Translations under genes and position numbers: made by a program | Shown: positions 47,291 to 56,900 of the stretch, piece by piece | Layout of the letters: every line of letters starts with the position of its first letter | How positions within the stretch are numbered: the first letter of the stretch is position 1 | DNA from: a phage | Assembly: GCA_018093385.1 (NCBI GenBank) | Contig: GCA_018093385.1_4808.1 | Length of the DNA stretch: 64,000 nucleotides | Direction: 5' to 3' (one strand) | The notes under the pieces: generated by a model | Told to the model about the DNA's origin: nothing | Databases searched by the model: none | The model's input: the letters and a program-made list of their open reading frames with translations, nothing else

Positions 47291-48286
47291 TTATTTATTA
47301 GCAATATAAGCAAATTTTTGATAGTTATTTGCTTTGATGAGTTTTTCAACTTCAGCAAGGTCATGAGCGACGTCATCAAGCAAAATGTTTCGCCAAGTAG
47401 CGAATCGACCGACACTAAATACGTTCAAATCCATAGTCAACTGGAGCAGTAAGGCGTGGCGCAAGTCTTTCGGAATGTCGACAATTTTGCCATACTTCTG
47501 GTCAACCTTTTCAACTTCTTCCAAAGAGATGTCATTCCATGAAAGACCAAAAGCGGTAAGAACTTCATCCACTTCTGCACGCAGCTTCATGTCGCGATAA
47601 CGGGTAATGCCGCCAGCGGCTTCAACTGCTGCCGCGCTGACGCTTACCAATGGAATTGTTTCAATGATCAGCGTGTCACCAGTGATTGATGCGCGGTAAG
47701 TCCTTACAGAATAGTCAGGGAAGTAAATTGTTTGATAAAGTTCACACTTGCGCTTAATCTTAAAACGATAAACGCGAATATTTGCCTTATCAAACGAGAA
47801 GTCGAGCTTTTGATCAATACCAGCAAGCTTCATCATGACTGGCAGCGGCGATGTGTTGATGATTGGCGTCTCGCTATAGCCGCAAAGCGTGTCGACCGGA
47901 GTATTAAAGAATATACGGTCACCCAGTTTATCGACAAGTTGATCATAAAAGTCATCCGGCGCTATGTAGCGCGTAGCAGTTTGAAGCTTCATGATTGAGC
48001 GGCTGCCAAACTGGTTGGTGACTTTCATAGAGTACATATTGGCAAGGTTAATCGGGCAGTGGCCGTGATAGTAGTTGCCACGAAAATACACAGCCTTATC
48101 GACTGTCACGGCCTTAAAGGGGATTCCGGTAATACGGCTTACTTCTTCGCCGCGAAATCGTAGCAGCGCCTTGTGCTGCGCGACGCGTTCGCCTGCTTCG
48201 TACACAATAGAGTTCGGAAAGTGACAAGCCGTGATAAGTCCTGCCAGTCCGCCGCCGATAATCATTACAGGTTGTTTCATGTTCAT
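47291..48286 (-). CDS. FAD/NAD(P)-binding oxidoreductase
   Basis: N-terminal Rossmann motif VMIIGGGLAGLITA (GxGxxG). Confidence 0.55.
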   Translation of the reverse strand: MNMKQPVMIIGGGLAGLITACHFPNSIVYEAGERVAQHKALLRFRGEEVSRITGIPFKAVTVDKAVYFRGNYYHGHCPINLANMYSMKVTNQFGSRSIMKLQTATRYIAPDDFYDQLVDKLGDRIFFNTPVDTLCGYSETPIINTSPLPVMMKLAGIDQKLDFSFDKANIRVYRFKIKRKCELYQTIYFPDYSVRTYRASITGDTLIIETIPLVSVSAAAVEAAGGITRYRDMKLRAEVDEVLTAFGLSWNDISLEEVEKVDQKYGKIVDIPKDLRHALLLQLTMDLNVFSVGRFATWRNILLDDVAHDLAEVEKLIKANNYQKFAYIANK

Positions 48287-48364
48287 TTGTCCTTTGTGGG
48301 TGATATGATAAGTATAATAGCTAAATTATCTTACAGCAACAAGTCATTTTATTTAGTACAGACG

Positions 48365-48391
48365 AAAAAAGACCCACAACTAGTGTGGGTC
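48365..48391 (-). terminator. rho-independent terminator
   Basis: GACCCACA-ACTAGT-TGTGGGTC hairpin with U-run on minus strand. Confidence 0.6.
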
Positions 48392-48419
48392 AATTACCGC
48401 TACATAACCGTCCTAGAGG

Positions 48420-49268
48420 TTATTCTGCTTGATCGTCGTGCTCTTCGGCATCTGCTTCGGATTCAACATCGATGAACTCGATGTGGCCCATCTCTTCCAG
48501 TTTGCTCAGGTAAGAGCGAACTGAAGCGCCAAACAGCTGATCTTTAACTTTTTCACCCAGCTCGTCGATAGACTGCGGCTGACCGATTTCACCTTCTTTG
48601 ATCGCAGCCAGTACGCGACCACGGGTGGAATGTTCTTGCGGCTGGCTCAGGCCGTTTCCGGTGTAAACAAAGTGAGTTGCTTTAGCGCGACGCTGACCAT
48701 TAGCTTTCTTGGCGGCTTTACGCTCTGCAATCGCTTTGCGACGCTCTTCAGCTTCTTTCTTACGCTGTTCTTTCTGTTGTTCTGCAGCTTCTTTCGCCGC
48801 GATCTTAGCAGCTTCACGCTCTGCCTTGCGTTTCGCTTTCGCTTCTTCTTTAGCCTTTTCTTTTTCGGCTTTCGCTTCTGCACGGGCCTGATCACGTTCA
48901 GCCTTTTTCGCCGCAGCTTGTTCAGCTTTCAGGCGCTTGGCTTCTTCTTTCGCCTTTGCCTTTTCAATTTCTTTAGCGGCTTTAGCGGCTTCACGCTCTG
49001 CCTTCTTAGCAGCAGCCTTTTCAGCACGCTCTGCAGCCTTCTTAGCGGCTTCTTCAGCACGCTTCTGAGCCTTCTCGTCAGCAGCCTGCTTGCGTTTCAG
49101 CGCAGCTTCTTCACGCTTGGCTTGTTTTTCCTGCTCACGCTTCTGGCGTTTTTCTTCGGCTTCTTTCTTTTTAGCCAGGCGTTTTTCTTCAGCCACGCGA
49201 CGACGTTCTGCTGCGGCTGCTTGTTTTTCTTCTTTAGATAATACTTTGATTGCTTCGGCCATATTCAC
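48420..49268 (-). CDS. Lys/Ala/Glu-rich low-complexity protein with globular C-terminal domain
   Basis: ~200 aa of KAAEKAAKE-type repeats followed by a non-repetitive ~80 aa C-terminus. Confidence 0.5.
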   Translation of the reverse strand: MNMAEAIKVLSKEEKQAAAAERRRVAEEKRLAKKKEAEEKRQKREQEKQAKREEAALKRKQAADEKAQKRAEEAAKKAAERAEKAAAKKAEREAAKAAKEIEKAKAKEEAKRLKAEQAAAKKAERDQARAEAKAEKEKAKEEAKAKRKAEREAAKIAAKEAAEQQKEQRKKEAEERRKAIAERKAAKKANGQRRAKATHFVYTGNGLSQPQEHSTRGRVLAAIKEGEIGQPQSIDELGEKVKDQLFGASVRSYLSKLEEMGHIEFIDVESEADAEEHDDQAE

Positions 49269-49421
49269 AGTCCTTAAATAAATTAGTTTATTTTATATTC
49301 CCCGTTTGGGATAACTTAATTATGCCTTCAGTCGCCGCCAGTAGCAACTAAAAACTATGGCGGCAATGCCACTTTAATTAAACTGATTTTCAGTTTTATT
49401 TTTCGTAAATTTACGTCAACA

Positions 49422-50606
49422 TTAACGCGCTTTCAAATCACGGTACACGGTCAGATTCTTCTTAGCACGGGTGATAGCGGTGTACATCATCTTGGAGTAC
49501 GGAACGCCGCGCAAGATTTCTTCCAGCACGCACACATTGTCCCACTCGCTGCCTTGCGATTTGTGCACCGTGATGACATAGCCATAATCCATCCCGCCAA
49601 CAGCGCGTTGGGCCTCTTTGCGCACTTCCTGATCAGTAGAGAAGGAAAGAGGATTAATCTTAACCTTTATATCTTTGCCATCGGTAAGCGAGCGCAAATT
49701 GACATACATGATTTCATTGGACTCGTCTTCGTCCCTTTCAAAGTCCGGCACTGGCTCATAGCTAATAACAATCCCTTGCTCGCCATTACAGAATCCTGGC
49801 CCGTGCTGGTTGAAGGTGCAAATAACTTTCTCGCCGATTCCTGGCATTGGCGTTATACGTCCGCTCACTTGCCGTAATAATGAATTCCATTTATCTTTGG
49901 TGCTATTATAGGAGCAAATAATTTGATCATCTTCGCCCATGAATTTCTTCAATGCAGTAACGCGCGGCGATTCTGCCAATACTTTGACGTCATCGTATTC
50001 ACGCGGAGGAAGGCGGTTGCCTTGGCGCACGAAGAAGGAGGCGCGGATTATATTGGACTCTTTCCCTTGCCGCATGATTTCTGTTAACAGTACGTCAACG
50101 GCTTCTTCGGTAAAGTAGGCGGCGGCTTTTACCGGAGGGACTTGTCCAATGTCGCCTAATGCCAGCACAGGGATGCGGTGATCAAGAAGGCGCTCTGTGT
50201 CCCACTCGCCAACCATCGACGCTTCATCGAGTACAACAAGGTGCGGCCTTTCGTCCAGTTTTGACTTTCTCGAAAAGATTGGCTCATTGTCGTCATTTAC
50301 GCCGCGCACGTTATAGATGAACTGGTGAAGGGTCTTAGCGCCACGACAGCCTTTTTGCTTTAATCGGCTTGCAGCCTTTCCGGTCGGCGCAATATAGATA
50401 GCGCCGTACTCACCGACACAGCGGCGCACAATCTCGCGAGCAATAGAGGTTTTACCAGTCCCTGCATAGCCAGCGATGAAAAACACGCGCTTCGTCGTTT
50501 TACCGTCCTGCAATCGCTTGTACCATGCAACGGCTTTCTCGATGGCGTCGATTTGTTGCGCGTTAAACTGAATCACTGGCTCATCATTAAATTCTGGAAT
50601 GTTCAT
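49422..50606 (-). CDS. Dda/RecD-like SF1 helicase
   Basis: Walker A GYAGTGKT, Walker B VLDEASMV, C-terminal ITVHKSQGSE. Confidence 0.85.
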   Translation of the reverse strand: MNIPEFNDEPVIQFNAQQIDAIEKAVAWYKRLQDGKTTKRVFFIAGYAGTGKTSIAREIVRRCVGEYGAIYIAPTGKAASRLKQKGCRGAKTLHQFIYNVRGVNDDNEPIFSRKSKLDERPHLVVLDEASMVGEWDTERLLDHRIPVLALGDIGQVPPVKAAAYFTEEAVDVLLTEIMRQGKESNIIRASFFVRQGNRLPPREYDDVKVLAESPRVTALKKFMGEDDQIICSYNSTKDKWNSLLRQVSGRITPMPGIGEKVICTFNQHGPGFCNGEQGIVISYEPVPDFERDEDESNEIMYVNLRSLTDGKDIKVKINPLSFSTDQEVRKEAQRAVGGMDYGYVITVHKSQGSEWDNVCVLEEILRGVPYSKMMYTAITRAKKNLTVYRDLKAR

Positions 50607-50932
50607 TATAACTCCACTACGCTTTCAAGGTCCAGATATACTGGAATAAAATGGCAATCTTCTTTTCGTTCAAACATCTCACCATCAACATGGCTGAAGA
50701 AAACAGTTGTGTTTGGTATCTTCCATCCTTTCTCGTCGCGCACTAAGTACGCCATGGATTCAACAGGGATGTACAGCGATACCGGATTTGCGGCAAAAAT
50801 AAATTTGATTCTGTCTGGTTGACCCAGGAATCGCATGATTGTCAGGCTTGAATTCAATCTTGTATTAAGGAAGGACTCAACGATTCCGACGTGTGTTGCA
50901 CGTTCGCGTTGCTTCGTCTCTTTTTCGTTCAT
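50606..50932 (-). CDS. hypothetical protein (108 aa)
   Basis: First gene of minus-strand operon. Confidence 0.45.
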   Translation of the reverse strand: MNEKETKQRERATHVGIVESFLNTRLNSSLTIMRFLGQPDRIKFIFAANPVSLYIPVESMAYLVRDEKGWKIPNTTVFFSHVDGEMFERKEDCHFIPVYLDLESVVEL

Positions 50933-51035
50933 TTCAGGCGACCTTTGTTAGTGCGGAAATATTTTCTGATAGTATAATTGCAGATATAGTATAAAGCAAA
51001 GTAAATCGAAATTGTGAACTAAATGGTAAATATTG

Positions 51036-51063
51036 TTGACTTTGTATCACTCAATATTATACT
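51036..51063 (+). promoter_or_regulatory. sigma70-like promoter for early region
   Basis: TTGACT - 16 nt - TATACT in divergent intergenic region upstream of 51093. Confidence 0.35.
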
Positions 51064-51092
51064 GCAGGTATTGATCACCGAAGGAAAGAAAG

Positions 51093-52175
51093 ATGGCTAG
51101 TTTAAGAGAAGAAGCAAAAATAATTGAAGAGTTTTTAACAGAACTCCAAAGAGGCATCCCAGAAGATGAGCGCGTCATGACGGTGTTTGCTCCTGAAGCA
51201 ACGGTGCAGACTGATGAGCGCGGCAAGAAGATCAACAGCAGCTTCTGGCCTAAGCCTTGGAAGTTGGGCAAGCCGCTCATGCAGCACCAAAACGGCTATG
51301 CGTGCATCAGTTCAATGCGTAAGGCTCCCAACCCAAAGACGGGTGAGATGCGATACTGGCGTACAGAGTCAGCCTTTGGTCACGGCATGGCGATGATGGT
51401 CGACGACATCGGTCACGGTAAAGGGTCCAAAGGCGATTTAGATTTGGAATTCTTTTTTGAGCGACTGAAGCCGACTGTCATCGTCGAGACTTCACCGAAC
51501 AATCACCAGCTTTGGTACTTCTTTAAAGAACCGATTGACCATCTTATTCAGTTCAAAGCGTTCCTTGGGTCTTTCGTTAACATGGTACTCAAGAAGGGCG
51601 GCGACAACACGATTAAAGACGTAACGCGCGTGGGTCGTGTTCCTGGGTGCATCAACAACAAGCGTGTGACTCACGACGGCCCCTATAAATATGTCGATGA
51701 GAACGGCGACCCGTTCCGCTGCCGACTTGTCCATGCAGACTACTCATTGCGCTACACCATCGAAGACATTTGTCAGGCATTTGGCTTTCACGTCGTCATG
51801 CCGCAAAAGCGTGAAATTCAAATTGACGTTGATGAATACAAATACGACGCTGTTTGGTATAAGATAGCCCAGCAAATCCTTGCGCGCAATAAGATGGGCG
51901 AGGGGTCTGATGGCGATGTTGTTGAAAACATGTCGGGCAAGTGCCGCATCATCTGTCCTTGGGGTGAAGAGCATACCAACGGCGACCCGTATGGCGCTTA
52001 CTTTCGCGGCCCTATCCCTGGTGCAGAACATGAGTTTGTGTTCGGTTGCGCTCACGACTGTCACCGGAAAGGGGAAGGCAAGAAAGGTTGGACTGCTTTT
52101 GTTGAAGCAATCGTCATGCCTTATATTGAGAATCAACTTGACATGATAAATCGTCGTGCAGGTGGCATAAAATAG
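51093..52175 (+). CDS. putative primase/replication initiation protein
   Basis: ETSPNNHQLWYFF resembles RepB-prime/Prim-Pol type motifs; C-terminal Cys/His cluster (CRIICPWGEEH ... CAHDCH). Confidence 0.4.
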   Translation: MASLREEAKIIEEFLTELQRGIPEDERVMTVFAPEATVQTDERGKKINSSFWPKPWKLGKPLMQHQNGYACISSMRKAPNPKTGEMRYWRTESAFGHGMAMMVDDIGHGKGSKGDLDLEFFFERLKPTVIVETSPNNHQLWYFFKEPIDHLIQFKAFLGSFVNMVLKKGGDNTIKDVTRVGRVPGCINNKRVTHDGPYKYVDENGDPFRCRLVHADYSLRYTIEDICQAFGFHVVMPQKREIQIDVDEYKYDAVWYKIAQQILARNKMGEGSDGDVVENMSGKCRIICPWGEEHTNGDPYGAYFRGPIPGAEHEFVFGCAHDCHRKGEGKKGWTAFVEAIVMPYIENQLDMINRRAGGIK

Positions 52176-52233
52176 TTTGCTTTTATTTTCATAGCAACTA
52201 TAATCATTTTATGAACTGAAGCAGAGGTGATTC

Positions 52234-52380
52234 ATGCAAAGCGAAGAATTGAACATCGAGGTTGAATGTCTGTTAAAGTCGTTAGAACCTAAACCAGCAG
52301 AGCTTCCGACCCTTCAAGGCGTCATGGCTCACCATCAAGCGGCTGCGGCCAAACACTACTCTGAATTTGTTAAGGAATAA
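52234..52380 (+). CDS. small ORF (48 aa)
   Basis: RBS AGAGGTGA before ATG; below track cutoff. Confidence 0.3.
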   Translation: MQSEELNIEVECLLKSLEPKPAELPTLQGVMAHHQAAAAKHYSEFVKE

Positions 52381-52383
52381 AAG

Positions 52384-52674
52384 ATGAACGAACCAAAAAT
52401 GATGACCGTTGAAGAAGCGCAAAAGCTTCGTGTTGAAAACGAGCTTAAGCTTGTCAACCAGATTCTCCCCTTGTTTGCAGGATACGCAGTGGAGGAAGTT
52501 GTTGGTGCAATCCTTAACGTATCCACGCATGTAGCTATGAATCTTCAGGCCGAGCGATTCAACACGCTGCTGACTATTAAAGACCTTACAGTCAGTGCAA
52601 CGTTCACAGTTGAGCCAGTCAATTTTGACGAAGCTTCAGCCGCGATTCAACAGCAAAGAGATCAAGAGGTGTAG
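52384..52674 (+). CDS. hypothetical protein
   Basis: ORF in track. Confidence 0.45.
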   Translation: MNEPKMMTVEEAQKLRVENELKLVNQILPLFAGYAVEEVVGAILNVSTHVAMNLQAERFNTLLTIKDLTVSATFTVEPVNFDEASAAIQQQRDQEV

Positions 52675-52675
52675 C

Positions 52676-52939
52676 ATGGGTGCTTTCCGTAACGAGTTCA
52701 TCTGGAACGTTACCAGCAATCTCTCGACTTGTCCTAACTGTGCGAGCGATGTTATCAAGGTGCGGCAGCATCGCAACGCGGAGGAAGGTGCCTGGGAAGA
52801 TGGCGACCTTGTAGAGTGCCAGTGCTGCTCTCATGAAGGTGTTGTGGAACTTCACGCTGGCGAAGGTTGTCCACCAGCAGAACGTACAGCACGCGTTGAA
52901 TGGGATGCAACAGACTCCATTGGTGATCCTCAACAGTAA
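52676..52939 (+). CDS. small zinc-ribbon-like protein
   Basis: C-P-N-C ... C-Q-C-C cysteine pairs; RBS AAGAGG; ATG 52676. Confidence 0.4.
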   Translation: MGAFRNEFIWNVTSNLSTCPNCASDVIKVRQHRNAEEGAWEDGDLVECQCCSHEGVVELHAGEGCPPAERTARVEWDATDSIGDPQQ

Positions 52940-52957
52940 ATTTAGGTATAGATACTT

Positions 52958-53062
52958 ATGAAAGCCGTAAAGAAATACACATTAATCATTTCCCTTGTCA
53001 TCATCCTGGGGCTATTATATGTATTGGATATGGCATATTATTTGGCAGGGGTGAGTGGATGA
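52958..53062 (+). CDS. small hydrophobic peptide (34 aa)
   Basis: MKAVKKYTLIISLVIILGLLYVL single TM-like; ATGA overlap with next gene. Confidence 0.3.
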   Translation: MKAVKKYTLIISLVIILGLLYVLDMAYYLAGVSG

Positions 53063-53349
53063 ATATTGTAATTCTTTATGGTGAAAATATCAGCGATGAC
53101 GACATCGAAGTTGCCGTTGATGTTTACGGTATCGATGAGGTGAAACGTGTTGAAGAAATTAGTGGCGCAAATCTCAATGAGATTGTCAAAGAGGCTGGCT
53201 GTCCTTCGGAAGAGATTCTGGTGGTTACTAACGATGACCTGTCTTCTATGGATCATTTGCGCCGCATCTTCACCGATTGCCAATACCTTCATGCTGTTCA
53301 ATCAGTAAACAAATTGAGAAAGGCATACGCCAACCAATTTCCTTGCTGA
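53059..53349 (+). CDS. hypothetical acidic protein
   Basis: ORF in track. Confidence 0.45.
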   Translation: MNIVILYGENISDDDIEVAVDVYGIDEVKRVEEISGANLNEIVKEAGCPSEEILVVTNDDLSSMDHLRRIFTDCQYLHAVQSVNKLRKAYANQFPC

Positions 53350-53398
53350 TAGTTCACCAGTTATATTGCTTTAAATTGAGTTTTACTATATTAATATA

Positions 53399-53425
53399 CA
53401 ACGCCAGATTTCTGGCGTTTATTTA
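53399..53425 (+). terminator. rho-independent terminator
   Basis: AACGCCAGA-TTTC-TGGCGTT hairpin followed by TATTTA. Confidence 0.5.
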
Positions 53426-53485
53426 CCGCACCCTGAAAGGATATATCCATGCAACAATATAACAAAGCCGTATCAGGAGGATTAA

Positions 53486-55156
53486 ATGTCAATTAATAAT
53501 GACAATCTTCCAGAGGATACAGGTGATGAATTTGGTGCAATCTTTGACGAAATTCAAGATGCAGGCGTTTCGGAAGAAATGCAGGCAGCAGAGCAGCAAG
53601 GCACCAGAGCTAAAATCAGCCTTCAACATAAAGCTGTTGAAAAAGATTCAGAGCGCATGGAATGCTACGGTGAAGAAGACTTGGTTGAAAGAGCACGCTT
53701 GCTCGCCTCACTTCAGGTAATCAAGTTCCCTCACTACAAGCCTACCAAAGATGACTTCGTTCTACAGGCAGACCGGACGAGTGACATGAACCGTTATGCG
53801 GTGTTCGACGCGTTGTTTGATAAGGGAAGTGGCGTCGTTCCATTCCCTCACAAAGATACTTTTCGTGGGCGCTTAGTCGACCATCGCGGCGAAACATTCA
53901 CCGACCGTACTTTGGAAGTCACAGAGATAGTTGCCGCTGTCGACGCAGCAGGATTGTCCAACCCAAACTCACGTCAGGTCGCTCAATCCTATAAGGAATG
54001 GGCCATGCGTTATCAGCGCGACGACCTGATGGACTTCTTCTACAAGAAGCTGCCTGAATGGGACGGTACTGCGCGCATCGAGAAATACCTTATCGAGCTA
54101 TTCCGACCGTTCGATACAGAGTTAAACCGACAAATCGGTGTGTATTTTTGGCTATCGCTCTACAACCGCCTGACCAACCCTGGCTGTCAAGCGCCAATCT
54201 CCATCGCGCTCATCGGCGGCCAGAATGCAGGGAAGAGTTATTTTAGCAAGCTGCTTTGCGAAGCTATTATGAACGACCGCCACGCAACACCGATTCCGTT
54301 GAACTTAGCCGCGCAAAACTTCAACCCGTTCTTGCGAGCTATTACGGGTCGCTCAATTATCGCGAACGTTGGCGAGATGACAGGCTTTAAAAAGGCCGAC
54401 ATCGAAAACATGAAAGCATTCCTGACTAAGACGGAAGATGACCTGGACTTCAAATTTGAAGATACGCAGGTTAAACCACGCCAGTGGATTGCTATCATGG
54501 ACGGCAACGAATACGCAGGCATGCAGCGTGATGACACGGGCAACCGTCGTGTGTACCCTATCTTTGTTGGCCAACTCGCCGACAAGGACGGGCAACCGAA
54601 CTGGTCGAAAGATTTCCAAGCTGACCTTTCCACTTTGAAAGAAGACGTTTGGCAGTTGATGGCTGAGTGCGCTGCATGGATGGAGAAGCACGGCGAAGCA
54701 GGTTACAATGCATTTGTTGGTGAAACATCTCGCATGCTTACTGAGTTTAGTAAGAACGAAATGGAACGTGCGCGCGGCGTTATTCGTGATGAGATGGTGG
54801 ACAACGACCTTGTTGAAGTCGTCATCACCGCGCCTTATGACCGACATCACAGCGGACGCTGGCACATCACCAGTGGTGCTATTGCTATGGGATTCAGAGC
54901 GAAGTGTGGCAAGTCGCCTTTCTCTCGTACCCTTGCGCCGCACATGTCGAAGCTTGGTTTTGAGCCTGCAACCTATCGCAACCAGCGCGGGTACTTTACG
55001 CCGCTGATTAAGAATGAAGCAGGAGAATACATTTCTGATTTGATGACCATCTTAGCGTATCTTATCCGCGATGAGTCTGACCCTGAAGATATTGAATTCT
55101 TGAAGAAGGTTATTGAGCGTAAACGTTCTTTGGGAAGAGATAAGGATGAATTCTGA
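53486..55156 (+). CDS. P-loop NTPase, VirE/primase-associated helicase-like
   Basis: Walker A GGQNAGKS; 556 aa; location next to primase-like gene. Confidence 0.5.
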   Translation: MSINNDNLPEDTGDEFGAIFDEIQDAGVSEEMQAAEQQGTRAKISLQHKAVEKDSERMECYGEEDLVERARLLASLQVIKFPHYKPTKDDFVLQADRTSDMNRYAVFDALFDKGSGVVPFPHKDTFRGRLVDHRGETFTDRTLEVTEIVAAVDAAGLSNPNSRQVAQSYKEWAMRYQRDDLMDFFYKKLPEWDGTARIEKYLIELFRPFDTELNRQIGVYFWLSLYNRLTNPGCQAPISIALIGGQNAGKSYFSKLLCEAIMNDRHATPIPLNLAAQNFNPFLRAITGRSIIANVGEMTGFKKADIENMKAFLTKTEDDLDFKFEDTQVKPRQWIAIMDGNEYAGMQRDDTGNRRVYPIFVGQLADKDGQPNWSKDFQADLSTLKEDVWQLMAECAAWMEKHGEAGYNAFVGETSRMLTEFSKNEMERARGVIRDEMVDNDLVEVVITAPYDRHHSGRWHITSGAIAMGFRAKCGKSPFSRTLAPHMSKLGFEPATYRNQRGYFTPLIKNEAGEYISDLMTILAYLIRDESDPEDIEFLKKVIERKRSLGRDKDEF

Positions 55157-55803
55157 TGAATAAAGCAATCAACATCGCTAAATTCTTTCAACATCTTGGT
55201 GAACTGAACAAAGAAAGTGACGTTCACGGCGAAGAAATGAACCGAATGATCTCAACCGTGTTGCGCGGCTTTGGTTATGATAAGGACTCAATCACTTGCA
55301 AGCGCACAAAGCTTGTCGATGAGTCTTATCTTTACTACGTAGAGCTGCGCATTGGGAAAGATGTGATGATCATTGACCCTAAACTGGAAGGGGCGCACTG
55401 TTTTGGCGCTCACCCTCGTGCGAGTGAATTCAAGGGTCGCGGTCGCAACCGAATCCAGAAGCTTGATGATGCAGGCGACTTGAACATTGCAATGTTCCTC
55501 AAAGAGTTCCTTGCTCTTCCAAAGGTTGCATCATCCACGGGCCGCGATGACCCTTGCAAGATTGGCTTCAGAACTAAAGATTTGCGCAATGCGCTACGCA
55601 AGAAGGGATTTGTGCCTTCTTATGACAACGTCGCCGCGCTGATGGCTTCAATGGAGGAAGCTGAAGCGATGGACAAGGTGCGCGGCTATTTCCTGAATAC
55701 AGGCTTCACCATGTATGAATGGCACACGAAGGGATTGACTGTCGCCGACTTCATCTATTCATTAGAGCAGAAGTATGTACGCAATATGCAGGCCACAGGA
55801 TAA
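55156..55803 (+). CDS. hypothetical protein
   Basis: ORF in track. Confidence 0.45.
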   Translation: MNKAINIAKFFQHLGELNKESDVHGEEMNRMISTVLRGFGYDKDSITCKRTKLVDESYLYYVELRIGKDVMIIDPKLEGAHCFGAHPRASEFKGRGRNRIQKLDDAGDLNIAMFLKEFLALPKVASSTGRDDPCKIGFRTKDLRNALRKKGFVPSYDNVAALMASMEEAEAMDKVRGYFLNTGFTMYEWHTKGLTVADFIYSLEQKYVRNMQATG

Positions 55804-55842
55804 TCATCATCAAAATATTTGCTTTTCTGACGAGGTGATATT

Positions 55843-56067
55843 ATGATTAATTTAGACAGGATTGAGTTAGCACTTAGTACCTTAATCAAATATTACCAGT
55901 TTGCTTTTAAGGCTAGTTTGTTCGGCTTGTTCAATCCTCATCAAGCAGCAAAGGCGCGAAGCAATGCTAACCGCCTGCGCTGTACTGGTATAGTTATCCA
56001 CGACCGGATATTGACAGAGGGTAGATTCAGCCATGAATACACAAGGGAGAATAACAAAGCAACGTAG
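55843..56067 (+). CDS. hypothetical protein
   Basis: RBS GAGGTGA; overlaps the next ORF in another frame. Confidence 0.3.
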   Translation: MINLDRIELALSTLIKYYQFAFKASLFGLFNPHQAAKARSNANRLRCTGIVIHDRILTEGRFSHEYTRENNKAT

Positions 56068-56242
56068 GGCTTTACAAGTCCTCATCCACTACCTGTCACG
56101 CCTTTATCCAACGGCGCACGAGCAGAATCCATCAACGGGTCACCTGTTTAAGCGCCGTAACCTTTCATTGAAGACATTCGCTTTAATCCAATACGACCGC
56201 TACCTGGACGGGCGCTACTGCGGCCCGAAGGACTCGCTATGA
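56033..56242 (+). CDS. hypothetical protein
   Basis: ORF in track; weak RBS. Confidence 0.3.
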   Translation: MNTQGRITKQRRALQVLIHYLSRLYPTAHEQNPSTGHLFKRRNLSLKTFALIQYDRYLDGRYCGPKDSL

Positions 56243-56517
56243 TTACTACATACAAAGTGTTCTTTGTCAAGTGCACATCATCTATTGATGACCAATTTAC
56301 TGCTGGTAAAAACTATTGCGTGATTTCCAATCCAAATATCGATATAATCTTGAACGATTATGACATCTATGAACCTATGCCAGCGACTGCGTTTGAGGTC
56401 GTCGGTCATGTGCGACTCAAGACCAATGTCGAAAATATGCACGACCCGTTGTTTAAGAAGCACATTAAGAATGCCATGCAAGACTTCTGCGCGGCAATGT
56501 TTAAATATTATAAGTGA
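56239..56517 (+). CDS. hypothetical protein
   Basis: ORF in track. Confidence 0.45.
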   Translation: MITTYKVFFVKCTSSIDDQFTAGKNYCVISNPNIDIILNDYDIYEPMPATAFEVVGHVRLKTNVENMHDPLFKKHIKNAMQDFCAAMFKYYK

Positions 56518-56524
56518 GTTGAAG

Positions 56525-56746
56525 ATGAGCAAGAAAACCCTTAAGGCTGGCGACCGTATCCGTTGGGTGTCAGGACAGCACATGCGTGCGGGCACCATCC
56601 TTGAGCTGGATGAATACCTTACCGATTCTCGCGGTCGCAATCATTACCGTGTAAGAATCGATACAGTAAAAGAAGATGACAAGTCAATGGTTGGTGAAGT
56701 GGTCATCGTTACTCCACGTCAAATTAAGGCGGCTTGTGAAGCATGA
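56525..56746 (+). CDS. hypothetical protein
   Basis: ATG 56525 inside longer track ORF. Confidence 0.4.
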   Translation: MSKKTLKAGDRIRWVSGQHMRAGTILELDEYLTDSRGRNHYRVRIDTVKEDDKSMVGEVVIVTPRQIKAACEA

Positions 56747-56898
56747 ATAAATATCAATTTAGCGATAATAAAATCAGTAAGGCGGATGCAATCAAGCAGC
56801 TTCGTCGCGTACTTGAAGCCAGCGGCCATACGAAAGAGCGTGCACGCGTCCTAGCCAAAGAACATTATAAACGTTTTGTGTCACAAATCAGAGGTTAA
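56743..56898 (+). CDS. small ORF (51 aa)
   Basis: ATGA overlap with upstream gene; below track cutoff. Confidence 0.3.
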   Translation: MNKYQFSDNKISKADAIKQLRRVLEASGHTKERARVLAKEHYKRFVSQIRG

Positions 56899-56900
56899 TT

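Noticed and set aside
48630-49241. 203-aa plus-strand ORF rich in F/L/S
   Set aside because: Antisense shadow of the low-complexity Lys/Ala/Glu-rich gene; repeats of AAG/GCT codons read as CTT/AGC on the other strand.
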